From Harriotta raleighana (Eukaryota): a stretch of DNA of 64,000 bases. Positions 25,656 through 38,629 of this stretch are shown piece after piece (the stretch's first letter is position 1; each line of letters begins with the position of its first letter). The stretch is from the NCBI GenBank assembly GCA_050575255.1, contig JBNZDD010013626.1:3113230-3177229 (forward strand), given 5' to 3'. The notes beneath the pieces were generated by a model that saw only the letters and a program-made list of their open reading frames with translations, was not told the origin of the DNA and did no database searches. Both the position numbers and the translations under genes were made by a program.

Positions 25656-26116
25656 AGTGGGTTTATTGGGGGCAGGAGAGGGATGCAATGAGAGACCTCA
25701 CTCACATCTGTACCCTGTTCAGGTGGACGTTAATAATCCCGAGGCGCTATTTGTAAAGAGAAAGCAGTTTCTCTCTCCCAGTGCCCTGTCCGACATCCCT
25801 TAAAGAGTAAAATTGGTCTCTCACTCCATGACATTTTATGGGACACTGCTGGGCGCAATTTGACTGCTGCATTTCGCCCACAAAATAGACAGTCAATCCA
25901 TTTTACAATATGTTCTTAAAATTGCTTTCACATGTCAACGACATGATAAGCGGCTAAATCAAAGAATTATTATTATTATTATTATTATTGCTTTGTGCTA
26001 ATTGACTGTCGTGTTTGCCCAGAAAACTCTCAGCCATTACTCTTTACAATGCCGAGGGATCTTTACAGTACAACTGCACAGATGCACAGTTCGGTTTAAA
26101 CATCTCATCTCATTGT

Positions 26117-26420
26117 GGAGATCCTGTAGCTCAGTGGCAAGCGAGAGACCTGGGTTCGATTCCAGGCAGGGCGAAACTTTGGGCAAATTTCCTTACTCCA
26201 TACGTTTGATAATAATTCCTCAGAAAAAAAATGGGTCATTTCAATCCTCATCTGTTTATGGGATGCTGCTGTATGCAATTGGCCGCGTGGGCTGTGTTTT
26301 GCCCACAAATATACAGTCAATCTACTTTACAGCATGTTCTGTGAAGCACTTTGAGATGTCCAGCAGACGTGAAAAGCGTTATATCAAATGCAAGGATTAT
26401 TATTATTATTATTATTATTA
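26117..26420 (+). mobile_element. tRNA-derived SINE
   Basis: ggagatcctgtagctcagtgg...gttcgattcc...aaatgcaaggattattattatt. Confidence 0.9.
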
Positions 26421-27098
26421 TCTCATTGCCTCTGACAGTGCACCTCACTGGAGCGAGCGAAAGTCAGTCTGGAATGCGAGCATCGATCGTGCTAACAGCA
26501 AACCTACCCTCGACCATATCATTCCCAGAGCTTGTGGGCTGAGGGCGGATCAGTAATTACACTGAGACTGTTGCTATTATGGAGTTTGTGCCAATCACTC
26601 AACTATCAGTAGCTAAGGAGGATTCTTGGAAGACAAAAGCCCTTGAAAAGAAAATGAGAAAAGATATAAATCTTTTTTTTCCATATTAAAAAAAAATGAC
26701 TGGAATCTGCCGTGAGCCAAGTGGAGACATTTATTGGGCCGTTGCACCATATTTTTTTACCGTCCTCGCAAACTGGTTCCCATTGAAAATCGCTGGGGTT
26801 AGGTGTAGGTCAATAAATATTTGGATTGACTGTTTAAGAATCTCACTTAACTGGCTCTCACACTCAAGTGGTCCCCTTTGATGTGACCTCCGCAGAACAT
26901 TGTCGCGCTTCGCTGATAATGGGTGAAAACATTCAAATAACTAACAAAAAAAAACTTCATTACAAGTCCAGAAAGTACCCCCCCACCACCACATCCCACC
27001 CCACCACCAAAAAATAAAAAGGATGTGGAGTCAGTCTTATAAATGTGTCGTAAGGAATGTTATTCTTTTTTTCAGTTCAATGTTGGTGCATATTTTGT

Positions 27099-27420
27099 GG
27101 AGCTCCTGCGACTCAGTGGTTAGAGCACTCGCCTCACAAGAGTGAGACCCGTGTTCGAATCCAGGCAGATCAGGGTGAAATCTTGGATAAGTTTCCTTAC
27201 TCCACATGCCTAATAATAATCCGTTCAAAAAAACCCACAATAATAAAAATTGGTCATTTCAATCCACGACTGTTTGTGGGACACTGCTGTGCGCAATTGG
27301 CTGCCGCGTTTCACCCACAAATACACAGTCAATTCACTTTATAGTATAATCTGTGAAGCGCTTTGAGACGTTGATAAGATGTGAAAAGGGCTATATCAAA
27401 TGCAAGGATTATTATTATTT
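27099..27420 (+). mobile_element. tRNA-derived SINE, full length, close to consensus
   Basis: ggagctcctgcgactcagtggttagagcactcgcc...gttcgaatcc...(TTA)n. Confidence 0.92.
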
Positions 27421-30202
27421 TGTTTTTCCCACTGATGCAGCGCTGTTTGATGGCTGGCTGACACTCAATGAAAACCCAAGGAATCCAGTAGCATAGTGAT
27501 TAGCACGCTGGCCTAACCACTATACTACTGGACAAGGACAAACGAGGTGACCTGGGTTTGATATCTGGGCAGGGCAAAACCTTAGGCAACGTTCCTTACT
27601 CCACACGTCTCTGTTTAAACCTAGCAATAAGTAGAAACCCAGTTGTTAGTCGATTGGCGGATCACTTTCCAGGGGTAATAGTCTTTTCAAATGCATGAAT
27701 ATTTGATTGCTCAATCCATGACTGTTTGTGAGACAAGGTTGTGTGCAATTGGCTGCCATGTTTGACCCCACAAACTACACAATATACAGTCGGTCTATAT
27801 GGGGTGAGGCAATCCATTTTCCAGATTTCCAAACAGACCACCCCACTTTGGCAGTAAAATCCTGCAAAGCTTTTGGAAATCCTCCTCCCATCCCGAAAGA
27901 CACTGTGTAAAACGCAAGGTGGGTTATGATGGTTCTTATGATTATTATTATTAAAATGCCTGCGGAAGCCTTGAAGCTAAGCTTGAGGCATGTTACACAG
28001 GCAAAGGTCAAGGTCCTTAAAGGTGCCATAAAACGTGAGCCAGCGAGGAACACAGTGTACTTTCTGCATATCACCATCAAGGAAGCAAATTGTTTTGGGG
28101 GCTTGTTGTGATTTTTCTCCCGATGTGTAGACAATGTTTCCGAGGGTCGCTTTTCGATGGCCGTTTGTATAATTTATGTCTCTTTAGAAATGTTCTCAGA
28201 TACAACGACAAATTGCAATTATACGGTGCCTTTCACATTCAAACCTAATGTCGGAAGCTTCAATGGACAGTTTGTTAGATTAATTTTCACTGAAAAACGT
28301 ATTGGCTTTTCCAAGACATTGGTTTTGGGGCTGAAAGTCTGGTCATTGTTATGCCTTTTGCTGATGTCAGTGTATTGAGCTCACAATAGCCGAGAGAAGA
28401 GCACATGCAAGAGGGTATGTAGTTTGGAAAGTTATGATCAACTCCTCTCCTTCCCCTTCCCCCCTCTTACTTCCCTCCCTCCCTCCTTTTCCTCTCCTCT
28501 CCTCTCCCCTCTCGTCCTCTCCTCCCTTCTCCCCTGCTCTCCTCTCCTTTCCTCCGCTCAAAACCTCTCCACTTACAACATGAGCATCACTGAAGGAAGG
28601 AATCCCAGATTTTTCTATATTTCCAGTAAACACATGACCCCTGTGAATAACTGGAATATGTTGCTCACAACAGACCAGGGGGGAGAGCACTTTGAGGGCT
28701 GTGGCAAAATTCCAACCCCAGAAGCAATATGAAAGCCATGATTAACCAAGTAAGAATCTTTAATAAAAGCTGAGGTGGGCAGCACGACAGCGGTGTTTAT
28801 TNTGCAAGGATTATTATTATTTTGTTTTTCCCACTGATGCAGCGCTATTTGATGGCTGGCTGACACTCAATGAAACCCAAGGAATCCAGTAGCATAGTGA
28901 TTAGCACGCTGGCCTAACCACTATACTACTGGACAAGGACAAACGAGGTGACCTGGGTTTGATATCTGGGCAGGGCAAAACCTTAGGCAATGTTCCTTAC
29001 TCCACACGTCTCTGTTTAAACCTAGCAATAAGTAGAAACCCAGTTGTTAGTCGATTGGCGGATCACTTTCCAGGGGTAATAGTCTTTTCAAATGCATGAA
29101 TATTTGATTGCTCAATCCATGACTGTTTGTGAGACAAGGTTGTGTGCAATTGGCTGCCATGTTTGACCCCACAAACTACACAATATACAGTCGGTCTATA
29201 TGGGGTGAGGCAATCCATTTTCCAGATTTCCAAACAGACCACCCCACTTTGGCAGTAAAATCCTGCAAAGCTTTTGGAAATCCTCCTCCCATCCCGAAAG
29301 ACACTGTGTAAAACGCAAGGTGGGTTATGATGGTTCTTATGATTATTATTATTAAAATGCCTGCGGAAGCCTTGAAGCTAAGCTTGAGGCATGTTACACA
29401 GGCAAAGGTCAAGGTCCTTAAAGGTGCCATAAAACGTGAGCCAGCGAGGAACACAGTGTACTTTCTGCATATCACCATCAAGGAAGCAAATTGTTTTGGG
29501 GGCTTGTTGTGATTTTTCTCCCGATGTGTAGACAATGTTTCCGAGGGTCGCTTTTCGATGGCCGTTTGTATAATTTATGTCTCTTTAGAAATGTTCTCAG
29601 ATACAACGACAAATTGCAATTATACGGTGCCTTTCACATTCAAACCTAATGTCGGAAGCTTCAATGGACAGTTTGTTAGATTAATTTTCACTGAAAAACG
29701 TATTGGCTTTTCCAAGACATTGGTTTTGGGGCTGAAAGTCTGGTCATTGTTATGCCTTTTGCTGATGTCAGTGTATTGAGCTCACAATAGCCGAGAGAAG
29801 AGCACATGCAAGAGGGTATGTAGTTTGGAAAGTTATGATCAACTCCTCTCCTTCCCCTTCCCCCCTCTTACTTCCCTCCCTCCCTCCTTTTCCTCTCCTC
29901 TCCTCTCCCCTCTCGTCCTCTCCTCCCTTCTCCCCTGCTCTCCTCTCCTTTCCTCCGCTCAAAACCTCTCCACTTACAACATGAGCATCACTGAAGGAAG
30001 GAATCCCAGATTTTTCTATATTTCCAGTAAACACATGACCCCTGTGAATAACTGGAATATGTTGCTCACAACAGACCAGGGGGGAGAGCACTTTGAGGGC
30101 TGTGGCAAAATTCCAACCCCAGAAGCAATATGAAAGCCATGATTAACCAAGTAAGAATCTTTAATAAAAGCTGAGGTGGGCAGCACGACAGCGGTGTTTA
30201 TT
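27401..30202 (+). repeat. Tandem redundant 1.4-kb copies (27401-28801 and 28803-30202)
   Basis: Joined by a single N at 28802; I see three differences. Confidence 0.95.
27490..27800 (+). mobile_element. tRNA-derived SINE, long variant (redundant copy at about 28890-29200)
   Basis: Contains the extra segment tctgtttaaacctagcaataagtagaaacccagttgttagtcgattggcggatcactttcc. Confidence 0.8.
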
Positions 30203-31949
30203 TTAAGAAGATTTGAACTGGTTCCCAATCCATATCTCTGCTGCTTACAAAGAGTTTTGGGGGAAAAATCTCACAGTGAGAGCCAGAATATCCCATCTAC
30301 CCTCTGAGTCGGGTGATTGTAAAGAGACCCTTTCCGCTCACCCCCTCGCCCTTATTATTATTAATAATAATAATTGCAAAGTACAGGCTGACATTATAAT
30401 AATTATAATGATAATCCTTGCACTTGACATAGCGCCCTACCCGTCGTCGAGACGCCTAAAAGCGCTTCAGTGAACATACTATATAAAGTGGATAATAATA
30501 ATCCTTGCATATGATATAGCGCCTTATCACGTCTTTTGAGACGTCTCAAAGCACTTCACAGAATATACTGTAAAGTGAATTGACTGTATATTTTCTGGCA
30601 AATCAAATATATAAATTCAAGTCGTAGTTGTTGCGATTGCCATGCGGGCTCTGTCGCTTTTGTATGTGTGATAGAAAGATGCCGGCCAGCCCTGCTGTGG
30701 TTTTTATGTATATATATATATATACTGTATAAGGAAAGAGCGACATAACTTTAAGGGGGAAGTCATGTGTATAAATTAAAGTCATAAAAAAAAACCAACG
30801 CTGGATTTTATTGTCTGTGCATCAGTACCCACTCACTATATGGCCTCTCAGCCTTTCAAGGTACCGATTTACCTGTTTTATTCAGTGGCATGAAATAGTA
30901 TCTGGAGCCACTGCTTGCAAATTCATGAGGTGCTTAGAATTCCCTTATTGCTACTCGTGCAGGGCCTGGGTGGAGCGCTGTGCTGTTGGGGGCGACGCGT
31001 TTGGGATAAACCGTCCAAGACATTGCCTCACGTGAAGGGCGGCGTATAAACCGCTAAGCGCAACTGGCTCTACCCCCTCCTTGCTCCCACCCTTCCCCCC
31101 CCCTCGCCCTGAACATTTTCCCTTGCTCGGGTCCTGAACCAATCTGTCCAGCGCCTTGGGACGTCCTCCTGACGTGAAACGCGCTCTATAAGTGTAATTT
31201 TGTTGTTGTTGTTGTTGGCTGCCGCGCTTTCACCCCCACAAATATATATACAGTCAATTCACTTTACGGTAAGGATGTCCTGTGAAGCGCTTTGAGAGTT
31301 TGCGAAGACGTGATGAGGCGTCTCGAAGAGGCCCCGAAGAGCTACACCAAATGCTAGGATGTCGATTATTATTATATAAAGGCAAGTTGCTGTTGTTGTG
31401 CTCGTGCAGAGCATTAACTACAACCACAACAAATCCAAATGGGGTCTGTAGACGAGGAGGGCGGGGGGGGGGGGGGGGGGGGGGGGGGAGAGGNAGGGAT
31501 GAGAGTTCCAAAGTTTCGAGGTGTGGTGGTTGAAAGCATGAGGGAGAGCGGAGGCGGGAGTGGGGGGGAGATTTTGCGGCTTCGCACCACATGCACTTGA
31601 GTCCTCCAGGGAATGTTTCCCAGTATATGTGGCACCGACGCTTCAGTGAGCAAACAATACCAATGCAATCATGCAACCTCCCTCTCTACCCCCCCTGGAG
31701 AGGAGAGGAGAGGAGAGGAGAGGAGGGGCCCAACGGAATGAAAGTTTCCCGACGACCACAAGCCAGGCGGAAACTTACCTGGAGCTTGTTTTTGTGGCGA
31801 GGCCAGTCTGCATTCCGCAGACGTGAAGTCAAGGCAACTTTTTTTTTTGTTTTGTTTGTTCGTTTCTCCCCACAACGCGCAGAGCAAATCCGTCTCTGGC
31901 CTCTGGGCGTCCGTCCCTGCTTGAGGGATGCTCGAGATTGAAAGGGGAA

Positions 31950-33110
31950 CAACAGTTAAAGCATCTTTACTCGGTAATTCTCTACCCCAAAAAGGCTGTA
32001 GATGCTCTCAGTCCTTGAACACATTCAAGACTGAGATTGATAAGATTTCTTATGGATAAAGAGATTAAGGCATATGGGGATAAGGAGGGCAGGTGGAATC
32101 GTAGAATCATAGAAGGTTCCGGCACTGAAGGAGGCCATTCGGCCCATCGAGTCTGTGCTGACTCTCTGACAGAGCAATGTCACTTTTATTAACCCCAACC
32201 ACTAGCTTTCTCCCCATAACCCTGCAAACCTGTCTTCCCCAGATACCTATCCAGTTCTCTCTTAAAAGCTGCTATCGAATCGGACCTCACTACCCTTTCA
32301 GGCAGATCATTCCAAATTCGAACAACTCTCTGAGTGAAAACATTTCTTCTAACCTCCCCTCTGCTTCTTTTGGTAGATATCTTAAGACTGTGACCTCGGG
32401 TCACAGACACNNNNNNNNNNNNNNNNNNNNNNNNNNNNNNNNNNNNNNNNNNNNNNNNNNNNNNNNNNNNNNNNNNNNNNNNNNNNNNNNNNNNNNNNNN
32501 NNNNNNNNNNNNNNNNNNNNNNNNNNNNNNNNNNNNNNNNNNNNNNNNNNNNNNNNCATTCCTGGAATCATTCTTGTGAATTGCCTCTGCACCCTTTCCA
32601 GTGCCTTAATGTCCTTCCTGAAGTAAGGGGCTCAGAACTGGACGCAGTACTCCAGCTGAGGTCTAATCAGTGTTTTGTTAAGCATAACTTCCCTACTCTT
32701 AAACTCTATGCCCCTACTAATAAAGCTCAGTACACCAAATGCCTTTTTTACTGCCTTATCTACCTGCCCTGTTACCTTTAATGATTCGCTTACTTGAACC
32801 CCAGATCTCTCTATACGTTCACCCCCCTTAAGGTTGAGCTACCAAATCTATATTGCCTCGTATCATTTTTCCTACCTTAGTGTATGACCTCACACTTATC
32901 CACATTGAAATCCATCTGCCACATGTCAGCCCATTCCACCATTCTGTGTATGTCTGCTTGCAGTTGGTTACAGTCCTNGGTTATAGTCCTCCTCACTATT
33001 TACTACCCTACGTAGAGTTAGTTAGAAGATCAGCCAAGATCTTATAGAATGCAGGACGGGCTCGAGGGGGCAAATGGCCTACCCCTGCTCCTAATTCTTA
33101 TGCTCTTATG
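31950..33110 (+). mobile_element. Older CR1 3' end split into two parts (about 31950-32099 and 33017-33110) by the insertion above
   Basis: ttcaagactgagattgataag...atatggggataagg resumes after the insert as agatcagccaagatcttatagaat...ggctcgagggggcaaatggcctacccctgctcctaattcttatg. Confidence 0.8.
32106..33010 (-). mobile_element. CR1-clade LINE, 5'-truncated ORF2/RT 3' portion with stops, spanning an N gap
   Basis: Translates to RVVNSEEDYNQLQADIHRMVEWADMWQMDFNVDKCEVIH*G...[36 protein letters not shown]...TRGHSLKI...FTQRVVRIWNDLP...FKRELDRYL, with a CR1-type 3' tail. Confidence 0.93.
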
Positions 33111-33864
33111 TAAAGGCTGCTCGAATTAAACCATTTAGCTCCCTGCATTCCCCCACCACCCCACTCCCTGCCCACCCACCCGTCATTAAGCCCGCAAAAT
33201 ACCTGATAAGCATAATATGTAGTAATCCTTGCATTTGATATAGCGCCTTATCACGTTGTTGAGACGTCTCTGAAACTGCTTTGCAAAATGTATTGTAAAG
33301 TGGAGTGACTGTGCATTTTGTGGGTAACCCCGACTTTTCAAAGCGCTACATCATCCGACATGAAGGCTGCTGTGTAAATGTATCTTGTTGTCGTGCTTGA
33401 GAGTTTCCAAACCAGGCCGATTGTGCCATATGTACCTCTGCCACCTACACAGAGATTTCCCCGTGTCTAGAAACCGACTTGCGCTCCCTCCTTGGAAGGA
33501 CGCACTCTGCTTTCCTCGCCATCTCCTGGAGTACATTTCTGATCAAGAGCTGCCTCCTCACAGAGCACAGGAACCCTTCAACTAACCGAGCCTTCCGGTC
33601 CGAGAGAAAGAACCATCTCAAAGTGCTTTTACAGCAATAGGTTGTCAATTACAGGGAATGTTTTTGGTAAGCACCCAACAAAACGTGTATGGGGAGGAGG
33701 AGAGGATGGGGTCGGGGAGTGAAGAGGAGGGAATAATCAAACAATAAATGGAGAGATAGCACTCATTGCATGAGATCGATGCCACTCTTTGCTTTGTCCA
33801 GCCCAGAGCCCATTGCATTTTTGTGGCCAGAAAATTGCAACTTGCTGTATAAATGCAATCTGTT

Positions 33865-34178
33865 AATAATTCTTGCGTTTGACATAGTGCTTTTCACATG
33901 TTCTAGACACCTCCAAGCGCTTCACAGAAGATACTGTAAAGTAAATTGACTGTACATTTGTGGGAGGAACTCAATTGCGCACAGCATTGTCCCACAAACA
34001 ATCATGGATTGAAACGATCAATTTATTATTGTGTTTTTTTCATGAGGGATTATTATTACTCCGCGTGTGGAGTAAGGAAACTTGCCCAAGGTTTCACCCT
34101 GAGAGAACAGTGATCAAGTGGAATTGAACACTGGTCTCTCTTTTACAGGGGTGCTCTAACCACTGAGCTTCAGGACTC
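33865..34178 (-). mobile_element. tRNA-derived SINE
   Basis: Reverse complement of family tail, body and head (ctctaaccactgagcttcaggactcc). Confidence 0.88.
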
Positions 34179-34841
34179 CACATTGAAAGAGCTGGAAAAA
34201 GTTTTGAAATGAGTGAATAAAATAGTGGAACAGATGAAATGGGCTTGTTCTGTCCTGGGCTAATATTTAATAATATATTATTATAATGATATATTATTAT
34301 TTTATACAATGGCTATCGACATCATCTGTGTGTATATATATATTTTAAAAAAGCTGCACAAATCTCTTGGTTTCGATAAGATGGTTTTTACTTTCCAGAG
34401 TTCTCACTTTACATGTAAGTATAAATATGATTTTAAAGACTGATTTGCATTTTTACAAAAATAATACATCAAAAACAAATCAATTCTAGTGGCACATTTT
34501 CTCTAGATAAAAAGTCAAGACTCGCTCCATCCCAGTGTGTCCTCGGCAGTAGAGAAATTGTCAAACCAGACAAGAATATTCCGAAGACTTTCAGCCGTTT
34601 GCACTGCTGTGTGTCTCCGTGACCTGTTGCCTGTAATGTACATAAAATGGCAAGTTTCTAACCATAAGGAAATCAGGTGGAACAACAGTTACACTTTGGC
34701 GAGGGGTAATCTTTACACATTTTTCATACACAATACAAAATTATTTCAAATATTGGTGGGGTGGGGGGGTGGAGAAGGATAGTGAGGATTTGGGGGGTGG
34801 GTAGAGGAAAATGAGAGAAATTGTCAACATTGACTTGAGAA

Positions 34842-34847
34842 TTTATT
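34842..34847 (-). terminator. Candidate distal polyadenylation signal (AATAAA) of HNF1B
   Basis: Minus-strand AATAAA at the end of an AU-rich block, followed by U-rich atttctctcattttcctc. Confidence 0.4.
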
Positions 34848-36971
34848 CAGCAAAAAATGTAAATTAATACTGCCGTATATTTGGACATTAGAAAAGTTAC
34901 AAGGCTTTTTTTTAAAAAAAAGGTCACCAATTGTAAATTATAAATCAGTTTCTCGATAATTACACACTTCAGCTAATGTTCTGGAATGTTTAAATAACAC
35001 TGTTTGTCGAATGCAGTGAATGTCAGATAAGAGATAAAGTGAGACAGTCAGATAAAGGAATTTGTACTGCATAAATACACTATCACAACAAATAATGCTC
35101 AATAATAATGTTTAGGACTACGTACGATTGTTTTTGTAAACCTACTGTGTTTCCTCAATTACTTTTTTTATTAAAAATTCATTCTATTTGTCTGTTGTGT
35201 TGAATATTTCTGAGCAACAGGCCTACGAATTCAGGAATTGCAGAAATGTATTTTTATAAAGTTTTTATAAAAAAGTGTTTTGCTATACACACGACACAAG
35301 TACACACACACACACACACACACACTCACGTACACACACATACTTTTCATGTTCATTCTTAAACGGGCAAATTCGTGTTCGGACGGCGAAGCTAAGATCA
35401 GTTGATGGTGTAAACAAAAGCCCGAAGGTTTTAGGGGATAAAGTTGGATCAAACGTGTCGATCTCGGAGCTAGAGAGAGGTCACTCAATTAGAATTGCAA
35501 GAATCAGGGTAAAGTACTGTAACATGGTAGTTCATTCCATCGAGTCTGATGCTGACAAGTGTAAACCTCGGCAGTAAATATAGTAGTATCAACTAAAGCA
35601 GGTACAACAAACGTTCGCCTCTGTTCGATCTGAAGACCAAATGGCAACACGTTACTAGGAACATGGGGGTCGGTGACAGAGGTGGTGTGGAATTTCTGCC
35701 GGTTTTGAAGCTGTTATTTTTACGCCGTTTCCTAAAGCAGCAACAACTCACATTCATGTAGTGTCGTTCACATGGGGTTGTGTCTCAGAGCGCCAAAAAG
35801 GAACAGAGAACACCATCAGGCTTTGCAATTAAGGCTTTGAAAATTTCTGAACGCTCTGAAATCTAGACCTGGGTGGAATTTCTTGAGCTCGGGCTCTTTC
35901 TGACCTATATTCAGTGTTACCTTTGTTTATCGGCTTTTTCCAATGCTGCTTTGGAAGGCAACAATAGAGTCCCAACAAATCAATTGTTTTGATGCTTTGG
36001 GAACTTGTTTTCGTGTTGGTGTTGGGGGAAAACTAATGTCTGGCTGACAGATTTGAACATACAAGTGAGCGCCTGCAGTTTGGGACAATCTGAGACATTA
36101 AAAGACTATTGTTTTTGACTATTGTAAAGGAGAGTTGAGTGAGACCTGGTGTGGTCAGTGTACAAACTCCTGTACACCAGATTATAGATATCATCCTTAT
36201 TAATAATCCTCGCGTGCGATACAACCCCTTATCCCCTTTTCGAGACGCCTCAAAGCGCTTCGCAGAATATACTGCACAGTGAATTGCCTGTATATTTAAT
36301 GGGCAAAACGCGGCAGCCAATTGCGCACTAGAGGTGTCCCACAAACAGTCGTGGATTGAGTGACAAAAATCATCATTTGGACTGATAATAATCACGCTCA
36401 GCGCTGGGAGGAGCTGGCAACAGCACAGACTCAACCACCCGCGCCCAATACCCAAGAAGATTCTAAACCCACCAAACACACAGTCACTCCACTTGACAGT
36501 GTATTCGGGGAAGCGCTTTGAGGCGTTTCGAAGAAGTGATTAGGCGCTGTTCCAAATGCAGGGATTATTAGCGAAACAGTTGATTTCTCCCCCCCCCCCA
36601 GTCCCAGTGAAGAGTACCTCGAAAGTTTGCCAGAAACGAGCGAGCATCCAGCTACTGTACATGGTTGCGGTAGGTCTGGCACTTTAAGACCACAGCATGG
36701 CTGAAATTGTCATTAAAATGAAAGGCATCAAAGAGTTTCCTTCCACTATGAAGTTGGAGAAGTGAATGGGGGAGAGGGTGGGTTGGGGGGCTGGGCATGG
36801 AATTCCAACCATCGGGACTCATTGCATCCTAAACAGGAATTCTGAATTTCCCAGTTATGAAATAACGTTAAAAAAACAACACCGCACCCACACACCCACA
36901 CAAAGGAATTATCCAGGGACGTACAGAATAGACCAGGTCTGGTTTAAGGCAAATTATGATTGCCTGGAATT

Positions 36972-37563
36972 ATAATAATAATAATCCTTGCATTTAATAT
37001 AGCTCTTTTCACATCTTATCAACGTCTCAAAGCGCTTCACAGATTATACTGCAAAGCGAATTGACTGTGTATTTGTGGGCGAAATGCGGGATTCAGTTGC
37101 GGACAGCAGTGTCCCACAAACAGTCGTGGATTGAAATAACCAATTATTTTTATAATTGTAGTTATTTTTGAGGGATTATTATTAGGCATGTGGAGTAAGG
37201 AAACTTGCTCAATTTGCCCTGATCTGCCTGGATTCGAACACAGGTCTCACCCTTGTAATGCGAGTGCTCTAACCACTGAGTTAAATAATAGTAATAATCT
37301 TTGAATTTGATATAGCAATGTCTCAAAGTGTTTTACAGAATATACTGTAAAGTGAATTGACTCTACATTTGTGGTGAAACACGGCGAAAAGCAGTGTCTC
37401 ACAGTCACGGATGGAAGTGACCAATTTCTATATTTTTTTCTTGAAGGATTATTATCAGGTGTGTGCAGTAAGGAAACTTGCCCAAGGTTTCGCCCTGACA
37501 GGAATCAAACCCAGGTCTCTTGTTTGCAAGGGGAGTGCTCTAACAACTAAGCTACATGACTCC
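36972..37563 (-). mobile_element. Two tandem tRNA-derived SINEs (about 36972-37281 and 37286-37563)
   Basis: Two consecutive tail-body-head reverse complements. Confidence 0.88.
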
Positions 37564-37779
37564 AGCTCAATTGTAAATGGACGTATCGGAGTCACAGAAA
37601 ATGTTCCAAATGAACGGCAATTCATTCAGAAGAAAAGACACAGTGGGGTCACTCTCTCTCTCTTTCTCTCTCTCTCGTACTCCAATCCATTAACACGTCG
37701 GTCTCTTCCAACTATCCAACTGCCTTCAGCACGTTTATGATTTGCCTCGCTTCCGCAGGACTTCACTTTTACACTTGAC

Positions 37780-37785
37780 TTTATT
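37780..37785 (-). terminator. Candidate proximal polyadenylation signal (AATAAA) of HNF1B
   Basis: First minus-strand AATAAA I can find after the stop codon, about 850 nt downstream. The downstream GU/U-rich element is weak. Confidence 0.35.
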
Positions 37786-38629
37786 TTGGGGGTTAAAAGT
37801 CTCCCATTAACCCTACATCAAAATCTTTCCAACCACGCTCCCCACACACATACATAAACACATACATATACACACACACACACACACTCCATTTGATCTC
37901 AAGAAAAAATGTACTTTGAAATGGACGTGTTCCAGAGAATCCAATGCACTTCTATCTTTCTCCACCCCTCCACCACCCCCCACCCCGTATGTCTATAATG
38001 AACTGGATTTGTTCAGCGAGTGTGTCTCTCTCTGTTAGCCAGCGATCCTCGGAGATGTCCGACGTTACTTCAGGGATTGCACTCGATCACAAGTCTTTGG
38101 GTCCGTTTTGCGAAAGGCGTCCATGCCTCCTGTAGAATCGGATTTGTTGAGTGAAATCTTGTCCCTCTTGAGTCAGTATTCACAGTTTGGGCTCGATTTA
38201 ACTGTACAAGCGATCTAGTGTTAATCTTCCAGTAACAGACCCAAGTCTTTGACACCTGAGGCACAGGAGAAGGAGACCGTAAATGCCTCTCGTTTGTTAC
38301 GTTTGTTCTTGCGTGAGATGTTCAAGCTGGGTTTGGGCTAATGAGGGAAATACAGTCCATCAGGAATATGTAGGTCAAACAACCTGGACTGGGTTTTTTT
38401 TTCCTCTCCTCCACACCTTACTCTCCCGACAGTGAGCTAAGGAATTAGCTATCGAAAGAGACCAGCCTTACGCAGTGTCATTGACTCGATCAGTGTACTG
38501 GCTGGTTTGGTTCAGTGAGTTTTTCCACGGACAACCCCCCGTCGTCTCCATTGGTACCAGAAAGTTCTTTTGGAGACCAATGTTTTTAACTGTGCCATCA
38601 GCCATTCGAACATAGAAAAGTGTGGAACA

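Noticed and set aside
27099-27170. tRNA genes
   Set aside because: The tRNA-like sequences are SINE heads: always followed by the same body and tail, with no convincing acceptor stem.
31771-31790. U1 snRNA 5' end (ACTTACCTGG)
   Set aside because: The following sequence does not resemble U1; it is better read as a minus-strand splice donor.
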